A stretch of 64,000 nucleotides of DNA from NCBI RefSeq assembly GCF_001194135.2, contig NC_068987.1:15696920-15760919 (forward strand), in the 5' to 3' direction. This DNA comes from Octopus bimaculoides. Lineage: Eukaryota. Made by a program: the position numbers and the translations under genes. Position 1 is the stretch's first letter. Each line of letters opens with the position of its first letter. This document shows, piece by piece, positions 36,978-52,413 of the stretch. The notes below the pieces were generated by a model that worked only from the letters and a program-made list of their open reading frames with translations, made no database searches and was not told where the DNA came from.

Positions 36978-37016
36978 TATATAGAGATATATACACACAT
37001 ACATATATATATATAT
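36698..37016. repeat. Compound (TA)n/(CATA)n microsatellite; similar tracts at 8115-8282, 41480-41860 and 49760-50105
   Basis: Direct reading. Confidence 0.95.
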
Positions 37017-38381
37017 GCTACCAAGGCAGTGCCCTAGTATGACTGCAGTCCAATGACTGAAACACACAAATATATATAAATAAAAACACCAAGCCTTTCA
37101 TGGAAATCTACTTACCAATGATTTCAGATTGTAGTTGGTTTGAAGCCTGCGTATACTGCAGTCTGTCTCAAGGTATTGTTACTCAAAACAGAGAAGCTTG
37201 TGACTGTATGTCACTGGGTTTTTTTTTATTAATTGTGACAATGAAAAATAAAAAAATCACCCAATGCTCATTTTAAAGCTTTACATCCTTTTAGAGTCAA
37301 CATGTGAAACTTATTTTAATCTGGAGTAGTAACAACAGTTCAAATCCTATAACTTGTACTGTACTGGATACATAGGACAAGATATTTTGCTCTAAGTAAG
37401 CAACTAACAAAAGAGAATTTATATTTTTAACTTGATTCTGCTAACAATATTAGTTGCTGTAAATTTTACAATTAATGATGTTATTTAACATTGACACAAG
37501 GGCCGCTAATATTTGGGGAAAAAGTGGGTAAGTTTACTAAAATGAACCTCAGTACTTAACATGTAGATATTTTTATCAAACGTAGGAGGATACAAAGCAA
37601 AATGAACACAGGCAGGAATCATAATAAATATGTTAGAGACACACACACACACACACACAAACATAAATATTTTTAAATAGTTGGTCTGGTTTTCTGTTCT
37701 GTCAGCAATGATTAGTAATGATGCTGATAACGAAAATACAATTATTTCATAATTAGAATTATCAAAAAGATACCTGTAATACTAACTAAATCATATTTTC
37801 CATCTCATTCCCTACCATCACTAATATTTTTAATTAAATTTCCACACCTTAGGACTGCTGTAAATTAATTTAATTTATGACCTAAAATAAATTTCTTTCT
37901 GTGCTTCCTGCCTCATTTCTTTCATTTGGAGTCATTTTGATTTTTTGTTTTTTTATTTTAAATCTTAAAAATTTTTTCTTTTGCCCCTTTTTGCAGGTTT
38001 TTTGCTGTATAAACCATCCCCAGAAGAATGAATCAAATAATTGAGTACATATTTTTGATTTTCTTTATTCAATTTTAGTTCAATCACAAAAATTTTTCCT
38101 CCTTACAGGTTGATGGTCTTCAGTTTGTATATTGTCAAAAATATATATAAGCAACAGAGGTAATATTTATCTCCATGTGGATGTTCTGTTAGAACAAACT
38201 ATACTGTGGTTGATACCATGGGAGAAACTCTATAAGCTTTTGGTGCAAAATGCACACTTTTATATCAGTAGCAGGGAGATAAATGCCTGCTACCTCCATT
38301 GTGGAGACCACCAGATCATGTGATTTTCACTTTGGTTTTGTCACAAATGTTCAACTGTGACTGTTTGCTGCTACTGTTCTT

Positions 38382-38605
38382 TTAAGCTTTAGCATTTAAA
38401 CCAGCCATATCCAGCTCAAATATTCTACCTGTTTGATGTTCAAACTGGTTAGATCTGGCCTATCACACCTACCCTTCAATGTCATTCTAATGATAAATAA
38501 TCACAAAATAAAAATTACAAAGCTACCGGATAAACGATAAATTAATTTCAAAATAATGTGAATAAATAAGCATTTGACAGAGTAATCTGAACGCTAGAGG
38601 GTTAA
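38382..38605. mobile_element. piggyBac-type MITE (TTAA-flanked)
   Basis: TTAA..CTTTAGCATTTAAACC...CTAGAGGG-TTAA; family copies at 61919-62147, ~3900-4035 and ~26490-26625. Confidence 0.65.
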
Positions 38606-38932
38606 ACATAGGTCAGTCCTAATCAAGCAGACTTATGAATGATCAAGAGTCTTTCTAGTCATGGCCATCTTGTCATTTTATAAATAAGGGACTTACATTG
38701 TCCAATGTACTTGTGTGCTAAGTACGATTTGGAGCAAGTTGGTTGCTCTTTTAGCAGATCAAACAACCACATAGAAGCCAGTCATTGGCTTGACTGAGTC
38801 AACCATTCTGTCAATTTTTTTTTTTTTCTTCCAGAAGCAATTGTTAGATTTGCAGTTAAGAACAAGAGACATGAATTAGATAGCATAAAATATTTTGTCC
38901 AGATCTCTGCTGTTTTATATTTCCAAATTGAT

Positions 38933-39519
38933 CAAGAAGAACATTAGAATTTGAAATCCTGCCCCAAATTTCTCTTAGTTGAGATTTTAAGTATTGAAAT
39001 GCTACCATAGCGTGTTGCTGCAGATAATCTTCTTATCAAAATTTAATCTAATCTCAGCAGACCTTTGTTATACTTTAAAATACCAAGGTAGATTCTCCAT
39101 TCAGGTGAATACTTCCAATTTAATTCAATATCANNNNNNNNNNNNNNNNNNNNNNNNNNNNNNNNNNNNNNNNNNNNNNNNNNNNNNNNNNNNNNNNNNN
39201 NNNNNNNNNNNNNNNNNNNNNNNNNNNNNNNNNNNNNNNNNNNNNNNACCTTTGTTATACTTTAAAATACCAAGGTAGATTCTCCATTCAGGTGAATACT
39301 TCCAATTTAATTCAATATCAAGAAGAACATTAGAATTTGAAATCCTGCCCCAAATTTCTCTTAGTTGAGATTTTAAGTATTGAAATGCTACCATAGCGTG
39401 TTGCTGCAGATAATCTTCTTATCAAAATTTAATCTAATCTCAGCAGACCTTTGTTATACTTTAAAATACCAAGGTAGATTCTCCATTCAGGTGAATACTT
39501 CCAATTTAATTCAATATCA
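38933..39519. repeat. 199-bp tandem repeat (at least 2, probably 3 identical units) spanning an N gap
   Basis: Unit AGAAGAACATTAG...TCAATATCA at 38933-39133 and 39321-39519; partial unit at 39248-39320. Confidence 0.8.
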
Positions 39520-41964
39520 GAAAAATGGGAAGAGGAGAAGCAATTCATAAGTGGTGCTTTAAACCGACTGAAATTTAATTTTATGGATTTTCATCTGATA
39601 CATGCAAGCAAGGAAAAGTAGAGATCACAATGATAATGCTAATAATTCAAAAGCACAAAGGCAACACCCATTACATTTTCACAGAACTTCCAGGACTAGT
39701 GGGTTATCCTCAAACTGGAGAAGTAGTCCAAAGACTTGCGACAGAAGACTCTGCTAAAGGCACTCAACTTTTAGTGAAATCCATTACATCACAATCACGT
39801 CCTGGGAATTCAAAGGTGATGTTAAACTGGGTGAGGGGCTGAGTTTACCACCCATGCTTTTGTAATTTACAAGCATGGGTTGGATGGTTAAGAATTTTGC
39901 TTCCCAACCACATGGTTTCAAGTTCAGCCCCACTGCATCCCGAGGCAAGTATCTACTACTCTTGTCCTGGGCTGACCAAAGCCTTGTGAATTTGCTAGAT
40001 GGTTGTATGTATGGGTGTGTGCATTCTTGTTTAGGTATCACATGATAGTTGTAAATGAGTATCACCTGGTACAAGCAGTGTCATTCGTTTACAATCTTCC
40101 ATGAAAACATTTGTCAGATGCTTCGAAACAGATGAGTTGGACACAGGAAAGTCATTGACCAAGAGAAGAATCTACCTCAACAAATTCTGATGAGTGCAAC
40201 CATGGAAAAATGGACTTTAAAATGGTGATGATGATGAATGAATATATTGTGTTCTTGGATTAGACACAGAGCTCAATTTAGTATATAGACCATTGGCTCG
40301 AAGCAGCTGGCAATTTCTCATTACATCAAATGAAATTCTACCTAGAAAAAGTAGCACACAAATAAGAACAGTGGATAGGCACGGGCATGTCTGTGTGGCT
40401 TAGAAACATACCTCCCAACCGTATGGTCTCACTGCACTGCAGCTTGGGCAAGTGTCTTCTACAATAGCCCTGGGCCAATCAAACCCTAGTGAGTGGATTT
40501 GATAGATAAAAACTGAAAGAAGTCTGTGGTGTGTATATCATCATCATTTAATGTCCATTTTCCATGCTAGCATGGGTTGGACTGTTTCACAGAAGCTGGT
40601 CAGCTGAAGAGCTGCCTGGGCTCCATGTATGTTTTGGCATGGTTTCTATGGCTGGATGCCCTTCCGAATGCCAATCACTTTACAGAGTGTACTGGGTGCT
40701 TTTACGTGGCACTGGCACAGGTGCTTATATTTCTTTTTTACTCTAGGCACAAAGCCCGAAATTTTGGGGGAGGGGGCTAGCCAATTAGATCGAGCCAGTA
40801 TGCAACTGGTACTTATATTTTTTCAACCCTGAAAAGATGAAAGGCAAAGTTGACCTCAGCGGAATTTGAACTCAGAATGTAAAGACAGATGAAATACCGT
40901 TAAGGTACTTATATTCAAAGAGATTTCTTCCGGACTTTACAACAAATCTCTAAAATTATATCATACAATTCTTCACCACAACTATCTCATTTATGTTTGT
41001 GTGTCTGTGTCTGTCCCCCCCCCCACCATCGCTTGACAACCGATGCTGGTGTGTTTATGTCCCCGTAACTTAGCGGTTCAGCAGAAAGAGACCGATAGAA
41101 TAAGGCTTACAAAGAATAAGTCCTGGGGTCGATTGCTCGACTAAAGGCAGTGCTCCAGCATGGCCGCAGTCAAATGACTGAAAAGAGTAAAAGAGTATAC
41201 CACAGGTACCATGCTGTTACTGCTCCAAGTTGTTTTAACATCAATAATGAAAGACTAACAATGTTTTTTTTAAAAAAGAACAAAAACAAAAAGCAACTAT
41301 TTATTGAACAGCTTTTAAAAATCAACACCTAATTTACATTATTATTATCATCATTATTAACATTTATTAATTAATATTATTATCGTAATTGATGCTCATT
41401 CCTAGCTGGTAAATTTATCTATTTCAAATTGGCATACTTTTCTCATTTTTCATAAAATCCTGCCACTGACATTAGTTTAGTGTGTGTGTATGTGTGTGTG
41501 TATATATATATACATACATACACACACATGTTTATACACATAATACAATAAAAACACATGTACATGCTATTTATACATGTATGTATGTATGTACATTCGC
41601 CCTATATTTTTTCCATGCTAATAGCATCAAAAATCAGACACAACATATCCAAACATACATACATACATATAAATGTGTGTGTATGTGTATACACATACAC
41701 GTGTATATTATATATATATATATACACACACACATACATGCACAGAAATATACATGAATATGTACACCTGTATATGTGTATATATACACAAACATATATA
41801 TATATATTTACATATACACAAGACATAAATATATACACACACACACACACACACACATTTGTCAGACAGTTGATTTTCAAATAACACAGGTGCCAGCAGA
41901 CACCGTCTTATCAAGATGTTATCAGTATTCATCAACCAATACAATTTACAGCAATCTTGTTAAG

Positions 41965-42042
41965 TCATGAACCAAATTCTTTTGTTTCAGGTGTGATTGG
42001 CTGGAATTCATAGTTGCCTTGTCCATCCATCTTCAAATAATA
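41965..42042 (-). CDS. ABCD3: ABCD3 terminal exon ([25 protein letters not shown])
   Basis: ttccag|TAT...TGA; 78 nt. Confidence 0.96.
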   Translation of the reverse strand, partial: YYLKMDGQGNYEFQPITPETKEFGS

Positions 42043-45000
42043 CTGGAAGGCAAAAAAAAAAAATAAATAAATAAATAAACATATATAATTAATAATAATA
42101 ACAGTGGTTTCAAATTGTGATACAACTCGAGCAGTTTTAGGGAGGGGAGGGAACAAGTCGATTACCTCGACTCCATTGTGTGACTGACTGGTACTTATTT
42201 TATCAACCCCAAAAAGATGAAAGGCTAAGTCAACCTTTGCAATAGTTAAACTCAGCAGGCCAGACAAAAGGAAAGATACGCATAAGTGGGCTGGTTACAC
42301 CCCTAGCATAGGCCACGGGTTACGGTCTCACTTGGCTTGCCGGGTCTTCTCAAGCACATACACACAACACATATGAGTGTGTATAATACACAATTCCCAT
42401 CCAACAAATTCACTCACAAGGCATTGTTCAGCCTGAGGCAAAAGTAGAAGACACTTGCTCAAGGTGACAAACCAGTGTGATTGCAAAGTGAGTTTCTTGA
42501 CTAGAGGGCCAAATATTTTTTATACAACTACACAAAATTGCAGAAACTGAAGAATTTATTACCTCATGGTGCTCCCACAGAGATTTTCTATGTGAAACTG
42601 TAAACAGTGTAATTCCAAGCTGAAAGAAAATGGAATAAAATACAATGAAATGGAATTCAGCGAAGAAAATGGCAAGGAACAAAAATGTGAATGTTAGTAG
42701 TTTCAGTTTGTAAAAGAAGCCAACAAAAAAGTCTCTAAATAGTCAGTAAATCTACCAAATTAGCCTCAAATCACAACCTGCCATTTTAAAATGGTGAGTA
42801 CATATAGGCTTGGGTAATATACTATGCCTGAAAATCTGAAAAATAAATGGGAATGATTATACCTGGAATGCTTTTGATCATGAGTCTGTTCATTCAAAGC
42901 TCACCTTGAGGTTAAACATCATCATCATCATCACCATTTAACACCAAGCTTCCATGTTGACATGGGTTGGATGGTTTGATAAGGTCTGATGAGCCATAGG
43001 GCTACATCATACATCAATATCTACATAGACATGGTTTCTATAGCTGGATGCTTGTCCTGACACCAACCAGTTTATAATAAGAACGTACTGGGTGCTTTTT
43101 TTCATGACATCAGCATTAGTGATAATCACCTCATAACTTTCAAGACCAAGGCCCTAAAGTGGCCTCTATAATTGAAGGGGAATAAATAGAAAGAGAGTGG
43201 GTGGTGATCTTTGGTGATGAGGAATGGTAACTAAGAGGAGAGAAACGTAAGGGTATGGCAGGGAGCAGTGGAGAGGGAAGGGATTAGTGATAGGTTGAGA
43301 CTAAACATTAATCCTCTGGGACCAGGATCCCTGTGTCTAACTTTACTTGCCACCTGGGCTCCTGAGCAGAAAAAAAATGCATACACACCTTAAAGTAATG
43401 ATTATAGGCAGACTAATGGACAGAAGCACTAAAACATTTAGGAGAATAACAATAATAGGCCTATCCCTCAACTACTATATTTGTTCACCCAAATTGATCC
43501 TTTCCTTATCACTTTCCCCAGTTTGATTGTCTGTGTATGAGTAAACACTTTGTCCAAAGAACAAATACCATCAACAATTTCCTCAACTGTAGAGTCTAGG
43601 CCGAGCTCATTTACCAGATGAAGTGCTGGGTTCATTACACACTTGTTTCATTGCAAAAAATCCATTCTTTTTACAAGCTGAACATTAACCATTATCTGAT
43701 CAGACTCAGAGAGCCTTCAATGGTCGTGACCAAATTCATTTCTTCTCAATTAAAACCAAAACAAACTTTAAAAGTGCTACTTAACCCTTTTCATACCAAC
43801 TAGTGTGAGATCACCCCTGGCTCTACAATACAAACTTAGCAATTTAAAATGATCTAAATTCAAACCTTATTTCAAAATGTCATGTTAATTTATGTTTCAA
43901 AAGCTAGTTTAATGACGACACAGTTATCTTGCTAAATTTTTTCTTTCTTTCTCACAATTAATTGAAACAAAAGCCATGCATTTCAAAAGGAAAAGGCTAA
44001 CAAAATAGTTAATAGAAGTTACCTTTCTGCAATGTTGGTAAATAAAACCTTCGACATCGACACTGACAGCACTGGTACATTCATCTAGAATAGCAAACTG
44101 GGGTTTGTGGTAGAAGAGACGAGCCATCTGGAGAAAATGAAAAAAAAGAAATAACAGGATTACATTGTAAGTTCAATTAATGCATGTCACTCATACACAC
44201 TTGTGTGTGCTTTATATAATTTGTGTCTGTGTTTGTCCCCCACTGCTGTTTGACAACTAGTGTTGGCATCTTTATGTCCCCATAACTTAGTGGTTCAGCA
44301 AAAGGAACTCGATAGAATAAGTACCAGACTTCCAAAAAAAAAGTATTGGAGCCGGTTCATTCAACAAAAATTCCTCAAAGCAGTACCCCAGCATGGCCAC
44401 AGTCTAATGATTGAAACAAGTAAAACCCAAAAGGTACAAGGATAAGTAAACACTAATTGTTATCACAGAGGACTAATTGTAGTAATAGTTGCAACATGAA
44501 TTACACATTTTAAAATTAAAGATTTGAAAATTAAAATACAAAATAACTAGAACAATTATAACTAAATTTAATTTTAGATTTATAATTAAAATTTTTTCAC
44601 TTACANNNNNNNNNNNNNNNNNNNNNNNNNNNNNNNNNNNNNNNNNNNNNNNNNNNNNNNNNNNNNNNNNNNNNNNNNNNNNNNNNNNNNNNNNNNNNNN
44701 NNNNNNNNNNNNNNNNNNNNNNNNNNNNNNNNNNNNNNNNNNNNNNNNNNNNNNNNNNNNNNNNNNNNNNNNNNNNNNNNNNNNNNNNNNNNNNNNNNNN
44801 NNNNNNNNNNNNNNNNNNNNNNNNNNNNNNNNNNNNNNNNNNNNNNNNNNNNNNNNNNNNNNNNNNNNNNNNNNNNNNNNNNNNNNNNNNNNNNNNNNNN
44901 NNNNNNNNNNNNNNNNNNNNNNNNNNNNNNNNNNNNNNNNNNNNNNNNNNNNNNNNNNNNNNNNNNNNNNNNNNNNNNNNNNNNNNNNNNNNNNNNNNNN

Positions 45001-48000
45001 NCTTAACCTAATTAACTCATTATTTTGTTGTTTTACATCCATCGCCCCCTTTTGACCACCCCATTACTGCCCCCTTTGGCCACTCCATTATCGCCTTCTT
45101 TGGCCACCCCATTATTGCCCCCAGGGATCTTTCCACCACCCCCAGGGGAGCAGTACTGCACACTTTGAGAACCACTGATTTATAAGATTTACGATACAAG
45201 GGGTCAAAAACATAAAATTTCTTACAAGCAGAGATTAAAATGTTACTAATAGGTTACAAAAAAATGATGTAAAAACAGCCAACAAACCTTCACCGACTCC
45301 CAACCACCTTCTCTCTCCAGTAAATACCCTAACTGAACCTGAAAAACAAAAGAAAAAAATCATTTAAGCTGCTAACTGCCAAATTTTTTTATTCATAATT
45401 TTTGGCTTTGCCTGGTGTCTCAGGAGTTAAAATAATATATAGTATTTATATTATCTGCATATGTGAGTTATCTTGGAAATTATAATAAATTTTTTGAAAA
45501 GTCCCAAATGGGGATCACTGAAAAAAAAGCATATTTATCCTTTTTCTATTCAATTTCAATAATAAACATTTTAGTTTTTTTGGAAACTATAGTATCAAAT
45601 GCAAAAGTGTATGAAATATCAATGAATGATATAAACGAGAAATGCAAAAAAAAAAAAAAATGTTTTCAAAACAGTCAATATTTTTGTAGTTCAAAAATTG
45701 TGATTTATGACATAAAATGTCCTCTAGAATAAGCCAGGGCTAATAATGATAAACTTTAACTACTAAATATCGTTAAACACACCTCCGCAAATGCAATGTA
45801 CATAAGCAATTCACTTTAAATACAACGAACAAACAGCAGTGAGACTGTTTTTAGCAGATCCCCAAATGGGGTTCACGGCAGGCAATGAGTTAGTGTCCAA
45901 CTAGAACAAAAAAATTATATAGGTGCAGGTATGATTATAGGTACAAGCATGGTTGTGTAGTTAAGTTTGCATATGGCTTCAGGCTGAGTCCCGCAGCACA
46001 ATAACTTGGGTAAGCATTTTCTATTATAGCTCTAGGTGGACCAAAGCCTTGCAAGTGAATTTGGGAGACAGAAACTGAGAGAAGTGTGCGTTTGTCTGTG
46101 TGTATGCACATGTGTCTGTGTGCTTGTTTATATTTGTGCTCTATGTTGCACGCCTTTCAAGACATGTGAAATAAAAGGTTCATTTCTTGAAAACCAGGTA
46201 GGAAAAGGGGTAATGACAGGAAGGGTATCCATTAAAACAATGCCTCAATAATATATTCACCTAACCCATGCCAGCATGGAAAAACAGATGTGAAACAAAC
46301 AAGTTAAGAAAAAGAAATATTTTCGCACCTTTATTTTCAATGCAGAAAGAAAGTGGTGGGAAACAAGCTTACCTTTTCCAAAATATCTTCTAGTTGAGCA
46401 TCACTAATGTTCTTTGCCCTTTGATCTACATAAACATCTGGGTATATCATTTGTTCCCGGAGTGAGCCAACAGCCATATAGGGTCGCTACAAAGATAGAG
46501 AAGGGATAGTTTATTAGACTCAAAACAGTATAAAACATCAGATGATGATGATGATGTGTTATTCAACTTACCTGAGGCACGTAAAAGAGTTTCCGTTTAT
46601 CTGGTTTAATTAATGTTCCACCAAACAATGGCCACAACTGTAATAATAACGATAATATTATTAGTGTTATTGTTATTTCGAGCAGGTCAAACAAGCTCAA
46701 AGAGGCTCCCTTTCTAGCTCCGCTCAAGTCTTTCGGTAAGGCACTTTATTACTCTAGCTGTTGATTAGTCCAGGGGTTTTCAAACTTTTTGACTTGCGGA
46801 CCCCTTTATACTTCAGGCTTTACCTTAGGGACCTCCTTATAAACGCTTATGAAATTTATACATAAATATTTGCTTAAAATAACATATATTTTTTACATTT
46901 ATTTATTTAACAGTATTTAACAAATAGGTTTATTGTCAATTAAAAGATTTCGATTAAAAAACATATATAAAATCAAATTGCCCATAAAAAGTATTTGCTG
47001 TCCACGGACCACAGTTTGAAAACCCCTGGATTAGTCTACCAGGAATACAGGTGCCGCTCCAAACAACTTTATGATCAGAATGTGGTTTGTTAGTCTCCTG
47101 ACTGAGCAAGCAGAAGGTAAACCCATGGGAACACATAAAAAGAAATTATTGATGTAAAAGGTTTTTTTTTTTTAAGAAACAAAAAAAAAGGGGGAAAAGA
47201 AGGAAAACTTACTTCTCCAAGAGTACGGAACAAAGAACTTTTTCCACATCCATTTGGACCACATACCAGAACATTCATGCCAGAATGTACCTAGAGAAAA
47301 ACAAAAAAAAAAACAAATACATTTGTAAAGAAACAGTATACTTTATTGAATTCTTTTTAAATACATATAGATCTTATATGAGAAGGTGTTAGAAAGTTCC
47401 TGGCTTTAGGGGTATTGCGAAAGACCTGGTTGAAGGCCCAACCTTCCAAGTTCTTTTACACGTCTTAAAAAAACTGAAGGACCACTGCAATAAGTGTGAA
47501 TCTGAGAGGGGAATATGTTGAATAAAATCATAATTAAGTGACCCTCCTCAATTTTCTTTTACCCAAAGCCAGGAACTTTTCAACATTCCCAGGATTCTAG
47601 AGACTGGACTAGGTTCAGTTTTTTTTTTTTTCATCTTTTAGTCAGGCATGAAGGCAGTGCCCATAATTCTTTACACAATTTCCAAGACCGAAAGGAAGGT
47701 ATCCTCAAACTGGAATCCTGCTTCAAATGCTTGCAACAGCATGGATTCAGCTAAATGCACAAAAGTAACAGGTGGTGGTGGCAGTGTTAGTTTAAACTTG
47801 GAGACATTAAGTCTACCATCTAAATAGGTCATGGCAGCATTTGAACTCAGAACACAAAGGACAGGAATAAATATCACAAAGCACCTGGTCTGATCCTCTT
47901 ACAGTTCAGCCAAACCACAGTCCTGGATTGGTGCTTTTTTTTCTTTCTTTTTTATCAATCCAGAAAAGATGAAAAGCAAAAGTGACCTCTGTAGGACTCA

Positions 48001-49760
48001 TAACCTTCCTAAATTTCACACAAGGCCTGCAGTTTGCAGGGGAAGGGAAAGTCAATTACATCAACCCCAGTCCTTAACTGGCACTTATTTTATTGACTCC
48101 AAAAGGGTGAAAGTCTAAGTTGACCTTGGAAGAATTTGAATTCGGAATATAAAGAGCCAGAAGTATTGCCACTAATCTTTGCATTCAATATGCCAATTTT
48201 ATTTCACCTTTTTAATTATGTTTATTAGTATTGACAACTTCCAGCTGCCATTTGGAAAATATAAAATGGTTAGAATTTGAGGTAGCAAACTTACCTCAAA
48301 AGTCATCTCCTTGATTAGAACATCGCCATTAGGTGTCACTAACGGAACTTTGTCAAACCTGGAGGAAATTTAAAGAAACTCAGGTAAATGGAATAATAAC
48401 TAACAATTACTTTTAAAAAAATCAATGAAAATTCTTTAAAAAATCAATGTGTGTATTCTCAGATCTGTGTGTATGTGTGTGCTGCTAACCCTCACCTGTT
48501 TCCAAGTAAGGTAATATGTGTTTGCTATGTGTGTGTGTGTGTGTATCTGTCTGCATAAGTGTGTATGTGCTGCATACGCGTGTGTGTGTGTCTGTGTGTG
48601 TGTGTGTGTGTGTGTACACATATTGCGAACATGTGTGTGCATGTGTCTCTGTCTGCAAGGAACATAGATGTCAACTTACATAATCATGTGATCTTTGAAA
48701 ATAATTTTGCCACTGCCAGGTTTTAGTGGGAATGGTCTGTTCAAACCTGAAGAAGAAGAAGAAGAAGAAAACAAAGGAGTCAAATTACAGAAATCAAGTT
48801 CAACATGACCTCCTCATTACTGTACTTCAATAGAAACAATATGACAGAGCTTTCTGCTTATCATTAACATCATCACCATTTTAACATCCATTTTTCTAAG
48901 CCAGCATGAGTTAGATGGCTCCCACACTATCTTACCAATTGTCACAATCCTTCAACACCTGATAAACACAAGTATAGCAACAGAGAAAAATAATTTTTTT
49001 GATGGTTTATAATGACTGGATGCCTTCACCATCACCTACCACTTTACAATATGGACTGGATTTGTATTATCATGTCACAAGCACTAGAGATGTTACTCCC
49101 CAACAAGACAAAAAAAGTCCCGTGTTGACTCACCCCACCAACCCTTAATACTATAGTATAGTAACCATTACATAATTACTATATAACAGAAAATACAATT
49201 CATAAATACTGATGATCAAAACAATAATTCTATTTAACAGTCTGTACATATAACTACTATATAATATTGAATACACTTTAGATATAAATTAACCCTTTCA
49301 GGTTCTCCAACCGCTAAAATAAATAAATAATGCTCACCATTTTCAATTACCATTGTGCGTTTATATGATCCTTTATTGAGTTCATCAAGAACTTGCATCA
49401 ACTCTGTTACTCGGGCAGTGAATCTGTTTGTTAAATGTAAGAAAATATTTTTAATTATAAACAGTAGGAAAATGGAAAGTAATAAAATGTTCATGTATGC
49501 CAATAGATTCATATTTATATAGGTTTAGACATGTTTGTAACAATCGGCCGTTGCCGGTACCGCCTGACTGGCCATCGTGCCAGTGGCATGTAAAAGCACC
49601 CACTACACTCTCAGAGTGGTTGGCATTAGGAAGGGCATCCAGCTGTAGAAACTCTGCAAGATCAGATTGAAGCCTGGTGCAGCCATCTGGTTCGCCAGTC
49701 CTCAGTCAAATCGTCCAACCCATGCTAGCATGGAAAGCAGACGTTAAACAATGAGGAGGA

Positions 49761-49805
<45 letters not shown>

Positions 49806-50058
49806 TTTAGTTATATATATATATACACATGCATACAATCAGACAGATACATACATACACCCAAACATGTGAGAGTATGTATGTGTGCATGTACACACAC
49901 ACACATGCATAATTATATACATAAACACATACATACATTCAGACATATTCATATATACAAATATAATTCATACAAGTTCATATATACAATTTTATGTATA
50001 TTTTCATACCTTACATACACACAATCAGAGCATACACTCCTATAAATGTATGTGTATG

Positions 50059-50103
<45 letters not shown>

Positions 50104-52381
50104 GCACACAAGCAGAGCTTTCAATATACATGTCATAATATTTTTCTTATATAACATTAAACTTTATCTACACTGTAGTATTTTGATTTGGTTTCCAATA
50201 TTTTTGCATTGTATGGTTTAGTCAGTCCCTCAACTCAAACCATACAGATTGTAGATAGTCATTAAGGCATAGTTAAACATCCATGCACAGCTCTCTTGTG
50301 GGTGCCACTAAAACGTTTAAGTAGTCAAATAACTGATATATGTTACCCTGATAATCGAGTCATTTCACGTCCGGCTAGTACAATTCGTCCAGTAGCTTCT
50401 GCCATTTTGACCAGCATTCTCCCACTTTTATAATAGTCCTGAAAAAAATAAGAATAAAATACTGTATTTTCCAGAATACAAGTTGACATAGTACATGGAT
50501 TGTTAGTGGCAGTGTCTGAATGTTTACACTAAAGCCTGCTGCAGTTCACATGAAATTTTTAGTCGTCCAAAGTTATCTTGGTATTTAAGTTCACCTACAT
50601 TTTTTGGCCGTAAATTTTGGTGTGAAAAGAATTGACTTGTATGCCAGAAAATAAGATAAAGTCAACACTTTCCTTGTTTAACAAAAATTGTATCCCAGTG
50701 GGGCAAGCTAGAGGTAGTACATAACTTCCGTTATCTAGGTGACCAAGTTAGTAGTGGAGGTGGATGCTCTGAGAGCATAGCTGTGAGAATAAGATTAGGA
50801 TGGGTGAAGAAAATTAGACAGTTTTGACTTTCAATAGGCCATTATGGAATGTAGATGAAATGGTGAAAATGAAAATATAAAACCTCACCTCCAGGAGTTC
50901 ACTTTTGGTGCTGTGCAGATGGCGTGGATGAGCAAGGTTCAGGAATGGACGACTTACCACCAAATATCCACAAACAGTTGCAACATCTGTTGGTTATAGA
51001 CAATATATATTCCGCAATAGTTAATATCATACATCATAATCATTGATATCATTATTATCAGCAGTTTTATGCCTTTTTTTGTTTTGCTTTTTTTCTATAC
51101 CAATATGAGGGAGCTTCTATGCAGTCCCTGGGGCTATAGCAACCAAATTTCCTTCAAATCACAGTTGTAAAAAAAAGAGGCATTCTTTTATTATTTCTTT
51201 TGTTTCAAATCATTTGGCTGCGACCATGCTGGAGCACTGTCTTGAGGGGGTTTTAGTCAAACAAATCAACCCCAGGATTTATCTTTTAAGCCTAGTACTT
51301 ATTCTATCAGTCTCTTCTGCCAAACTGCTAAGTTATGAGAGTGTAAGCACACCAACATCAGTTGTCAAAAATGGTGGGGAGGGACAAACAGTCTCACACA
51401 CACACTAATACATAAATATAGACATACATACACAGGACAGGCTTCTTTCAGTTTCCGTCTACCAAATCCACTCACAAGGTTTTGATCAACCCAAGGCTAT
51501 AGCAGAAGACACTTGCCCAAGATGCCACACAGTAGGACTGAACCTGGAACCATGTGCTTGGGCGGTTGGGAAGCAAGCTTCTTATTACACAGCCATGCCT
51601 GTACCAATTGACCAATTTTTTTTTTCTTGGATTAATCAGAGAAGGAATGGTAATACCCATGATAATTTTGCAGGGTCTTTAAGATGAGTGAGAAAAAGAA
51701 GAGAGGTGAAACCAGGACATGCGAGTTATCCTCAGATCAGGGCCCTGGTAGCAAGGGGCCAAGGCCTACAACAGAAATGAACTCTACTAATTTCATCCAA
51801 ATGCCAGGCAATGGTGTTAAGCTAATCCACAGATAAAGCCAGCCATTTAGTTGAGATATACAAAAATTAACGAGATCACAGCTGAAACACCTTTAATTAG
51901 AGATTCAGCTTGATCAGGATCAACCCAGGGCTAAAATCACTACAGCTACTAGGAAAGGAAGGATATGAAGCAATCTCAACTTCCGTAGGATCTGAACACA
52001 GAGTAAGCATTTATCCCATGAACCCTATTGGGTATTGAACTCAGATCCAAAAGGGAACAGAAACTAGATATTGTAAAACCAACATGCTATAGTATTGATT
52101 TTTATCAATAATAGAAATTGATAAAAATACATTTACACTTGTTTAGCCCTAGGTTAGCTATGGCTGAATAGGCCTATCCCCAAGATGGTAACGATATTCT
52201 TGCCATGACCATCTCATCTTTTTCTCAGGAATAAAGTATATAAGACTACATTATCCAATATGTTTTTCCTTGCTTTTTTTTTAAGATGGTATGCACGAAT
52301 TGGGGATATCCAGCAGTTATTTCAAGCAATTCAAGCAAATATACAGAAACATCCTTGAGCTACACTAAAAANNNNNNNNNN

Positions 52382-52413
<32 letters not shown>

